Virus record (IMG/VR): IMGVR_UViG_3300025103_000041
Span: 1-45,321 of that record
DNA: 45,321 nucleotides
Strand: one strand, 5' to 3'
Source of the DNA: a virus
Taxonomy: Duplodnaviria > Caudoviricetes
The notes under the pieces are model-generated. The model was not told where the DNA came from, ran no database searches, and saw only the letters and a list, made by a program, of their open reading frames with translations. Both the position numbers and the translations under genes were made by a program. This document shows, piece by piece, positions 1 to 9,148 of this stretch; the first letter of the stretch is position 1, and every line of letters starts with the position of its first letter.

Positions 1-2
1 AA

Positions 3-3000
3 CGGTCACCAAACTCAATGGTAAACAGAAGAAAAGATTTATTTGATAAAATACAAACTGAAATAAATTCATTCACACCATATGAAAGATTTTTATATTA
101 CGATGCACAATCACAAACAACAGCATCTGCTCCGAGTTTAGGTGATAATTATGGAGAAGAAGATTCTTTTAATAGTAATTGTAGAACAACATTAAATAAT
201 TTTGATGGTTTAGGAACAGTATATAAGTTTTCAAATGATGTCATTAAAAGTCAATGAATACCCGTGAGCAACCAGCGATTTTACATTCACCAAAAACCAT
301 TTTTTAATTATAGTGGTTCTATATATGTTTCATTTATGACAAAAGGTGATGAATCTTTAAGTTCAACACAAGGTGCTGGATTGATGTCAGTTACTGAAAA
401 TCCAAATTATTGATCAAATTCTGCATTAAATCCAGGATTCTTACCAATGAATGCATTTAGTCGAAATATCATATCACAACCAACAATGAAATCTGGTTCT
501 TGGGGTAGGTATGTTTTAGAATTTTCACAATCTTATTGAGTACCAACTGCAGCAGTAAATTATGACACACAACTGATTACTGATTGAGGTGCAGGTTCAG
601 CTGAATATGAAATTTTAAGTGGAAGTGTTAAAACAGGTTCACATGCAATAAAAGCTCATAGTAATTATAGTGATATTGCTACTGTCGTAACCCAAAGTGG
701 TGTTTCATTTACAGGTTCAATAATGCCAGCTGGGTCATTACTTCGTATGTGGTATGATGGTATAAGTGAAACATCAGTAACTTCATCATATATAACAGAT
801 TTTAAAATAACAACAACAAATCCAACAGATACATTACCATTCTCATATATGTATAATACAGGTTCATCAACCTTTAATGATTGGTACACTACATTAAAAT
901 CACAAGCTTCAACTTTTGATGACGAAAATATCCATAATCTTAATAATAACTTACCAACTTATATTCAAGAAAGTAGTGAGTATGATGAATTAAAAACATT
1001 CTTAAATATGAATGGTGAACATTTTGATTTAATTAGAAATCATATTGATAATTATACATCAGTTTATAATCGTGGATATAATAAATTAGATTCAGTTCCA
1101 ACAAATCTAATGCCAATGTTAGCTGAAAATCTTGGCTGAGAACTTATTACACCATTTACAGGAAGTTTATCATCTATCTTTGGTGAAAGTTTATCATCGG
1201 CAACAAAAGAAGATGATGTTAGACATAACACTTGAAGAAAATCTCTAAATAACTTAATATACCTTTATAAATCAAAGGGAACAAAAAATGCAGTAAGAGC
1301 ATTATTAAATATTTATGGTTATCCACCAGATGTAATTGGAATATCAGAATTTGGTGGGTCATCAGAAGAACAAAACCCCTCAACAATTACAGACGACTTC
1401 AATACAATGGTTGGTGGCCTATCAAGAAAAACAGATAATGTTTCATTTGTATTAAGAAAGAAAAAATTATATAACTACATATTCAATTATAATTCACAAA
1501 GAACACTTAAAACTGATTGGTGGATGAATAATGCAGACTCCAATACAATAGAATTTGTTTATAAACATAAAGATTCATCAACTTCACAAGAAATATTAAA
1601 AAGTAGTGGTAGTGGTGCAGAAACTCTTTGGGATTTAAGAGTAAAAGAATCAGCAAGTTTACATAGTTTTGAATTTAGACTAAATAATACTAATACGGGT
1701 TCATCTACTATTGCTTCAAATGCAGTTTCAATGTCAACAACTTATAGAAATTTAAGTGAAGGAAGTCTTTGGAATGTAATGTTACAAAGAATGTCATCAA
1801 GTATAAGTGGTTCAGGAACACAAGAATATAAATTAGCATCAGCATTACAAGATAAAGATAAAATTTCAGTCTTAAATGTAGTATCAATGTCAATTAGTGG
1901 AGGTTTAACTGCTGATTCAAATTATTACGCAAATGAAAATTGGTTATCAAGTGGTAGTCGGCATCAATTAAGTTCATCTAATCTATATGTTGGTAGTACA
2001 TTAAGTGGTTCATTGGCAGAGATTAAAACTTGGACAACAACTTTAAGTGCTTCAAAATTTAAACAACATACATTAAATAAATTTAGTGCCGTAGGTAATA
2101 CTATTACATCACATAAAAATGAAGTCATTTATCATTACAGATTAAATGAAAATTGACATGCAACTGGGTCTGATGATGTTATAAATACAAACCCAAAAGT
2201 TTATGATGGGAATCCAAATGGCCCATCATCAAATCCAACAAATTATGACATATCATTATCAGCTGATATTATAACAGGTTCATTATTATATGGTTATGAT
2301 ATAGTTGATGTTTATCAATTTACTTTAAGAACTGATAGTCATAATCAAGAAGATGGTAATAATATTTTAATTAATCCAACAAGAACTTTTACAGGACATA
2401 ACTTAAATCCAGTTCAACCATCAGTATTACCAATGTCTGATACATCAAGAGGACAATTTAAACGAACTAATTCATCTAAACTTGAAATAACTAATTCACC
2501 TACTAATTTTATTAATGATTTTATTATTAGTAATATACCTGACGCTGATATATTAAAATCATATACAAAACCATCTGATAGATATTCATCATCATATGCT
2601 GATTTGGATACATTTAGAGATGACTTCTTTGGTAATTATAATATAACTATCAATACAAATAAATTTATACGAGCTCATGAAAATATGTGGAATCAATCTG
2701 CAATAGAAGCTATTAAAAAAGTAGTACCGGTCCGTTCTACATTAAGTGATTCTTCTGTAGGTGTAACTATCAAACCTCACTTATTAGAACATCAAAAAGT
2801 TGAGAAGAAAAAAACAAGATTACAATACGGTGAAACAGGATTATTTAGTTCAGAATTAAATGGAAAAGCAGCTGATTTATCAAAAGAAATTGATATAATT
2901 TCAGGTATTGATTTATTGGAAACTTATGAAACATCAAAAGATGGTTTAATTGATGTCAACGAAAAAACATCATTATCGGAAACTAATTATGAATCGACAA

Positions 3001-3911
3001 ATGATGCTGAAATTCAAGTTGATGATTTAATAGGTGAAACTTCAACTTATGAAGCTACAAAAAATACTGAAATTGATATAGATAGTAATATTACTAAAGA
3101 TTTTTCATATGATAAGACAAAAAATACTGAAATAAATGTAAGTGATAATGTTATTGAAGAATTTATATATGACCAATCAAAAGATACTACAATAGATATT
3201 CCAGTTAATATAGAAGAAACAATGGAAAGGGGTGTTACACAAGATGTTGAATTTTCACCATTACCAGTATTTAATAGTGAATATATACCAACTAAAAATT
3301 CAAATGATGTAGATTATCATTCAACACATTGGATACAACCATTTAGAAACTTACATAACGAATGGGGTACAGGTGATACTGATACACATTTCTTAAATAT
3401 GGCTTCTGATGATTCTGGTTCATTGGGTGATTATAATGTTGGACATATTGATGATAGATTTGTCTTTAGAATGATAGGTGATGTAGAAGTTATGTCTGGT
3501 TCATATAGAACAACAGAGGGATATAGTAATACATTTGATATAGATTTTACAGATAGTAATAATCATTTAAATAGAGAAATTAGAGATAAAGGAAAAGGAT
3601 ATACATATAATTCTTATATAAACGGAAATCCCGCACCACAAGATGGAAGACCTGTCGGTAAAACATCATATTATACTTCATCCGCAGATGGTACATTATT
3701 GTTTCCGAGTAATCATTGGAGTAAGTTTAGTAGAGATGATACAGATAAGTGGTATAAAGGAACATTAAGTACAAATCCTGGTTTCTTAAATTTATTAGAA
3801 GTAGAAGATTATTCAAGTGCTTCATTTTATAGTGTAGAAGTAGCATTTGAACATGGAATTAGAGTAGAGCGAGGTAAATTAGAAAAAGGCTCTGACAACA
3901 AATTAAAATAA
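3..3911 (+). CDS. Large virion structural protein (baseplate wedge/tail-associated), 5'-truncated; continuous only if TGA is read as sense (Trp)
   Basis: ORF-track pieces 18, 723, 1407 and 2433 are all in one frame. The only interruptions are TGA at 255, 411, 537, 585, 1137, 1233 and 2154, with no TAA/TAG until 3909. The gaps translate as plausible protein (PFFNYSGSIYVSF; T*RKSLNNLIYLYKSKGTKNAVRALLNIYGYP, resembling a baseplate-type KxKGT motif). A LamG-like segment lies at ~1500-2150. Confidence 0.8.
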
Positions 3912-3931
3912 ACATAATTTTTAATTATCTT

Positions 3932-3941
3932 ATATTTATAT
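3932..3941 (+). promoter_or_regulatory. Putative phage late promoter box ATATTTATAT
   Basis: One of 8 exact intergenic copies, each upstream of an operon start. Confidence 0.7.
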
Positions 3942-3997
3942 ATGAATTGTAATGTAGTTATTAATTATCGTAAGTAAAAATTTTAGGAGAAGAAACA

Positions 3998-4684
3998 ATG
4001 GGATATTTAGATGGTGATACAATAACAGTAGATGCTGTTTTAACGAAAAAGGGAAGACAAATGATTTCCGAAGGTAAACAGCTTAATGTTACTGCTTTTA
4101 CTTTATCTGATACGGGTGTAGATTATACACTTTGGAATGCTGATCATCCAAGCGGTTCTGCTTACTATGGTGAAGCTATTGAAAATTTACCAATGGTAGA
4201 AGCGTCAGTACACTCACAATACGCATTGAGAAATAAATTGATAACTTTAAATAAAGATACAATATCAATGCCTGTATTAGAGTTAAATCCAGACCCAACT
4301 ACACAATATGTATTTGACACAAGAACACCAAAAGATTTTACTGCGACAGTAGTAGGTTTCTCAGGTGGTGGAACAGCTGGGTGTCAATTATTAGTTCAAG
4401 ATAAAAATATTGTAACTGCAAATGGAACACAAGTTGATGTTACTGGTAATGCATTATCATTTATATATGAACAAAATATTCCACAAGCAGCTTTATATGA
4501 ATTAGCGGGTGGTGGACCTAGTTATACATTTAAAATAAAACCTCAAACAATTAGAGATACTAATAACGCAACAACAAATTTAACATTTATTCATACAACT
4601 GGAGCGTATGCAACTATTGAAGTTAAAGTTAATTTCAATAAAGATACGAGACAGTTAATACAAAGTACATCTACAATAGGATAA
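3998..4684 (+). CDS. Putative baseplate/tail-collar structural protein
   Basis: AGGAG RBS. N-terminal VLTKKGRQMISEG..VTAFTLSD resembles tail-fibre collar (DUF3751-like) N-termini; structural gene context. Confidence 0.55.
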   Translation: MGYLDGDTITVDAVLTKKGRQMISEGKQLNVTAFTLSDTGVDYTLWNADHPSGSAYYGEAIENLPMVEASVHSQYALRNKLITLNKDTISMPVLELNPDPTTQYVFDTRTPKDFTATVVGFSGGGTAGCQLLVQDKNIVTANGTQVDVTGNALSFIYEQNIPQAALYELAGGGPSYTFKIKPQTIRDTNNATTNLTFIHTTGAYATIEVKVNFNKDTRQLIQSTSTIG

Positions 4685-4701
4685 TTTAGGAGAATAACAC
4701 G

Positions 4702-5823
4702 ATGGCAATGATAGTAGCAGGACATACACTAAACACACAAGAAGGTGTAGATAAAATAACATCAACTGATAAAATTACATCAGCCTATTTCTCTGATAGT
4801 GTTGTACAATTAAACGCAGCTGATTTACATTCAGCATCTATATCTGATACAAATGAAGTATATTATTATGGAATAGCAAAGGATACTGTCACGGGTTCTA
4901 TCCAATTTAATGTTTCTTATGGTAATTCTCTAGGATACGGTGGAGACACCGGTGCTACAATAGATGATATAAAATCACCAACTGAAGTTGTATATAAACA
5001 TTGGGCCAATCTTTTATTATCAGAAAATGAAGTTACTGGTGGATTTGTCATTTCATCTCCAGGTAGCACAAGTGCAGTCGCTTCTGGTAAAGATACTGAA
5101 ATATATATATTAAATGCTAAGAGAAGTCTTATGAAAGATAGACTTAATAAAAAGAACTGGACAGTCGTATTATCTGGTTCTAATACAGCTGGATCCGCAG
5201 GAGCCACGTTATTACATTTAACAGACGATAGTAATACAGTAGCAGCTACAGCAACTCCAGCTGGCCCAAGATATAATATTGTAAGTGGTTCACAAGGTAC
5301 AGCAGTAGTAACAGCCGCGGTTACAACTTACGGATGGTTCTATCCAGACCAAGGTACGTTAGTATTCTCAGGAGCTGAATTATCTGCTAGTATTCCAGGT
5401 AAAGGAGCACAGAATACCACAGCTGTAACATATAATACAGCTACTATGAAAGGTTTCGGAAGTGCTGGTAATAGTGGTAATGTATTAGAAGGTGAAGACT
5501 ATAACACAGCTCTAAGATTTATAAATTGTCTAAAACCAACGGGCGCTTATTTGAAATTTAGAGATGAAGAAGACCAAACATCTGTAAGTTATTTTTGTAG
5601 AGTTCGTTCAGGTGAATCTAACTTTAGTAATAATCCAACATTTGTTAGTGGTTCATTGAATGAAATAAGACACGCGACGATGAAAGGTAATCCTTCCGTG
5701 TATATTTCAGGTGTTGAACTTTATGATAACGCCGGTAATGTTGTAGCAACAGGTAAATTATCTACTCCATTGAAAAAGAACTTTAGTTCAGAAGCTACAA
5801 TAAAAGTTAAATTAACTTATTAA
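4702..5823 (+). CDS. Putative baseplate/tail structural protein
   Basis: AGGAG RBS; Ser/Thr/Gly-rich. C-terminus YISGVELYDNAGNVVATGKLSTPLKK...IKVKLTY is similar to that of the next gene. Confidence 0.55.
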   Translation: MAMIVAGHTLNTQEGVDKITSTDKITSAYFSDSVVQLNAADLHSASISDTNEVYYYGIAKDTVTGSIQFNVSYGNSLGYGGDTGATIDDIKSPTEVVYKHWANLLLSENEVTGGFVISSPGSTSAVASGKDTEIYILNAKRSLMKDRLNKKNWTVVLSGSNTAGSAGATLLHLTDDSNTVAATATPAGPRYNIVSGSQGTAVVTAAVTTYGWFYPDQGTLVFSGAELSASIPGKGAQNTTAVTYNTATMKGFGSAGNSGNVLEGEDYNTALRFINCLKPTGAYLKFRDEEDQTSVSYFCRVRSGESNFSNNPTFVSGSLNEIRHATMKGNPSVYISGVELYDNAGNVVATGKLSTPLKKNFSSEATIKVKLTY

Positions 5824-5844
5824 TGTCGTTAGTAGTATTATGAT

Positions 5845-6768
5845 ATGTTCGTATATAAAAATATTGATAAATCAGGAACAACTACAAATAAGAGTATAGT
5901 TCATTATACACAGAACTTAAATACAGGTTCTTCTGGACTAACATCAACTCAATTTATTTCAGCATCATTCAATGACAAATATTGACAGTCATTGAATGTA
6001 CTGTTCTATACAAGTGGTTCCCCAACATTATTACCAGATTCTAAATATCAATTTCATACATCAAACTTTACTATATATGATAATGTAAATCCACAATATT
6101 TAAATAAGTTTCATGGTTATAATTCTGGTTCTATAATTTCAATTCCACAAGAATATTATAGTGAAAAAATAAAAACAGGAACCTTTACATTAACAGATAA
6201 GTCATATACAAACAACGCAGGAAATAATCCCATCATTAAAGATGATGGTTATGGTAATTTATATTCATCAAATGCGACAATCTCACAAAGTTCAGCTACA
6301 TCAATATCATCATCAGATAATTATGTAGGCAATATATTTTATGATATGGGAATGGCTATACTTACAGAAACAGGTTCGTGGTCAGGTAGTATAAATTATA
6401 CTGATATAACATCAGCTTCTAATTATACAATTCAATTTGATTCAACTGATACTAACTATACAAAAGAGTATTCAGTAACAATAAATCCAAATGAATTTGA
6501 TTATTCTATGAACTATTCATTAAGATGTTTAACAAGTGGTTCATCAGTAACATTTGAACAAGCTACTGCATCTTTTGGTTCACCGATATTATCAAATCCA
6601 TATTTATGTTCAGAGTTTACAGGAAGTGATTGGCACCCCTATATAACAAACATAGCGTTATATAATAGAGGTGAATATGATGACCCAGTTATAATAGCAA
6701 AATTACCAAAACCAATAATGAAAAGTGATAAGATAGCAACAACATTTAAAATTAAATTAGATATGTAA
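5845..6768 (+). CDS. Putative baseplate/tail structural protein (in-frame TGA at 5983)
   Basis: ATG 5845 (MFVYKNIDKS...) is in frame with the 5992 ORF, separated only by TGA in NDKY*QSLNVLFY. C-terminus PYITNIALYN..IIAKLPKPIMK..FKIKLDM is paralogous to the 4702 gene. Confidence 0.7.
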
Positions 6769-6777
6769 GGAAACAAA

Positions 6778-7281
6778 ATGGTTACATTAGGAATAGATGC
6801 ATCAACTACAACAGTTGGATACGCATTCACAGAAGATAAGAAAATCCTTGAAATGGGATTTATCGACATCAAAACACAAAAAACACCAAAAAATAAAACA
6901 TTTTTTGTCTTGACTCAATTACATAAAAGTCCGTATATTGATAGGGTAGAAAAAATAAATATTGAAGATAGTTTATCAGGATTTATGGGTGGAAGAACAT
7001 CTCAACAAGTCATTGTTAAATTAGCTAAATTCAATGCAATCCTTTCATTCGTATTGGAAGATGAATTTCAAGTTTTAGTTGAAAACATAAATCCATCAAC
7101 CGGCAGGAAGAAAGTTTTAGGGAAAGCAAGAGTTAAAGGTATTAAGTCAAAAGATTATGTTAGAGAACAAATTGAACAAAGATTTGATACAAAAAAATGG
7201 TGTAAAACAACAACAAGAGGAAATTTTGACCCCAGGAATATAGATTCTTATGATGCGTTAGTTATGTCATTGTGTGGATAA
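6778..7281 (+). CDS. ruvC: RuvC-like Holliday junction resolvase
   Basis: LGIDASTTTVGYA (first catalytic Asp), IED, and C-terminal D..DAL of the RNase H fold. Confidence 0.8.
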   Translation: MVTLGIDASTTTVGYAFTEDKKILEMGFIDIKTQKTPKNKTFFVLTQLHKSPYIDRVEKINIEDSLSGFMGGRTSQQVIVKLAKFNAILSFVLEDEFQVLVENINPSTGRKKVLGKARVKGIKSKDYVREQIEQRFDTKKWCKTTTRGNFDPRNIDSYDALVMSLCG

Positions 7282-7288
7282 AAAACAC

Positions 7289-7318
7289 TTGACTCATATA
7301 ATAAAAAGGTTGTATATT
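7289..7318 (+). promoter_or_regulatory. Sigma70-type promoter upstream of primase
   Basis: TTGACT (7289-7294), 18-nt spacer, TATATT (7313-7318); ATG 5 nt downstream with no SD. Confidence 0.55.
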
Positions 7319-7323
7319 GTAAT

Positions 7324-8241
7324 ATGTATAATTTAGAACTTATAACATTATTAGAAAAAGTGCTCGGAAAGAGTTATCAATTAAAGAATGGGGAACATGC
7401 CTATTTCTGTAATTTCTGTAATCATCACAAAAAGAAACTTCAAGTGAATGTAGAAACACAGAAATGGCATTGTTGGACTTGTAACGCCGGTGGTCATAAA
7501 ATATCACAACTATTACGAAAACTCGGTGCACCCAAAACTTTAATAAAAGAAGCACTCCAACTCGTAGATGAATATGTTAGTTATGAAACAGATAAAACAG
7601 AAACAATTCATAATGTTTCATTACCAGATGAATACAAGCCATTATGGATTCCATCAGATGACCCGATATACAAGAACGCAATCTACTATCTCAAAAAACG
7701 AAGAATAAATGCAAGAGAGATAATAAGATATTCAATAGGTTATTGTGATAGAGGAGGTTACTCAAACAGAATTATCATACCAAGTTATGATGAAGATGGA
7801 AAACTTAATTATTATATTGCACGTGACATTTTCCCGAACAGTAAATTTAAATATAAAAATCCCCCACTATCAAAGGATACAATTTGTTTTGAGTTATTTT
7901 TGAATTATGATTTGCCACTAATTTTTGTTGAAGGAGTTTTTGACGCCATCGCTGTTAGAAAAAACGCTGTTCCATTATTAGGTAAATTTCCATCAAAGTC
8001 ATTGGTAATGAAACTTGTAAAGAAAAAAGTTAAAAAGATTTATATAGCATTAGACGAAGATGCTAAAAAAGACGCAATCAAACTCACTAAATATTTAATG
8101 GATTTTGGAATTGAAACATACTTATTAGAGATGTCAGATAAAGATCCATCAGAACTCGGTTTCAAAGAATTTTGGGAACTTGTTGATAGAACAACACCAA
8201 CAAGCTTTTCAGATATAATCAAAGGTAAACTTTATGGTTAA
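7324..8241 (+). CDS. DNA primase (T4 gp61/DnaG-like)
   Basis: Zn finger CNFC..HCWTC, RIIIPSYD, KYKNP, TOPRIM motifs EGVFD and DED, KDPSE. Confidence 0.9.
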   Translation: MYNLELITLLEKVLGKSYQLKNGEHAYFCNFCNHHKKKLQVNVETQKWHCWTCNAGGHKISQLLRKLGAPKTLIKEALQLVDEYVSYETDKTETIHNVSLPDEYKPLWIPSDDPIYKNAIYYLKKRRINAREIIRYSIGYCDRGGYSNRIIIPSYDEDGKLNYYIARDIFPNSKFKYKNPPLSKDTICFELFLNYDLPLIFVEGVFDAIAVRKNAVPLLGKFPSKSLVMKLVKKKVKKIYIALDEDAKKDAIKLTKYLMDFGIETYLLEMSDKDPSELGFKEFWELVDRTTPTSFSDIIKGKLYG

Positions 8242-8923
8242 AACAATAGCACATTTATCTGATATCCATATCAGAAAATTACATAGGTTTGTAGAATATA
8301 GAGAAGTTTTCAAAAGATTATACAAACAACTTAAACAACTAAAACCAGACTTGATTTACATCGGTGGTGATATTGTACATGGTAAGTTAGACACATCACC
8401 CGAAGAAGTTAGAATGGTAGCAAATCTATTTTTGAAGTTATCAAAGATAGCACCCACTATCATCATTCCTGGTAATCACGATTGTAATCTAAATAACAAA
8501 TCAAGAGAAGATACACTTTCACCTATTGTTGATTTAGTTCAAAAGATAAATCCAAATCTTCATTATTGGAAGAAATCAGGTGTTTATACGATAGACAATA
8601 TTGACTTTGGTGTTATGTCTATATTTGATATAAACAAAGATGGAAATCAAGTTACAACAAATCTTCCAGACCCAAAAGATTTAGATAATGACCATAAGAT
8701 TGCTTTATTTCACGGTGCTGTTGGAACATTCTTATATGATAATGGATTTCAAGTTACAGATGAAAATGTTTCTGTGAATACATTTTCTGGATATGATATT
8801 TTAATGGCTGGAGATATTCATTTGAAACAAAAATTATCAGAATATGGTGATATTGAAATGGAAATAGATGAAGATGATTTAGAACAATATATTAAAAATG
8901 GTTGGGAAATAATTGAAGAATAG
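8234..8923 (+). CDS. sbcD: SbcD/Mre11 (gp47-like) metallophosphoesterase, N-terminal fragment
   Basis: Motifs SDIH, GGDIVH, GNHD, FHG, GDIH. Ends in an acidic tail before the YxGS..QQN motif, which is encoded at the start of the 9149 ORF. Confidence 0.85.
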   Translation: MVKTIAHLSDIHIRKLHRFVEYREVFKRLYKQLKQLKPDLIYIGGDIVHGKLDTSPEEVRMVANLFLKLSKIAPTIIIPGNHDCNLNNKSREDTLSPIVDLVQKINPNLHYWKKSGVYTIDNIDFGVMSIFDINKDGNQVTTNLPDPKDLDNDHKIALFHGAVGTFLYDNGFQVTDENVSVNTFSGYDILMAGDIHLKQKLSEYGDIEMEIDEDDLEQYIKNGWEIIEE

Positions 8924-8925
8924 TT

Positions 8926-9148
8926 ATGTTTTTAAAAACATAAAATATGTATTAAACTTGGAAAGCGTAGATGGTATATTCCAGATTTTTTAATAGAATA
9001 TAAAAATGGTAAAAAAGTGTTAGAAGAAGTTAAAGGATATGTTCGTAATAAAGAATTATTTAACTTACAGATACAAAAGGCAAATGAATATATTGAAGCA
9101 AATAATATTACTGAATATAAAGTTAATTTTATGGAGCATTTGAAATAG
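8926..9148 (+). pseudogene. Truncated/frameshifted PD-(D/E)xK (TnsA-N-like) endonuclease remnant
   Basis: 8936-9148 reads KHKICIKLGKRRWYIPDFLIEYKNGKKVLEEVKGY...; ATG 8926 is out of frame by one base at an A5 run; N-terminal part missing. Confidence 0.7.

Noticed and set aside
255-2156. Selenocysteine decoding of TGA
   Set aside because: Seven sites in a structural protein, with no redox-motif context and no evident SECIS hairpins
18-3911. Four separate genes, or a decayed pseudogene
   Set aside because: One frame, TGA-only interruptions, no frameshifts and no RBS at internal ATGs. Random decay or G->A damage should also give TAG/TAA.
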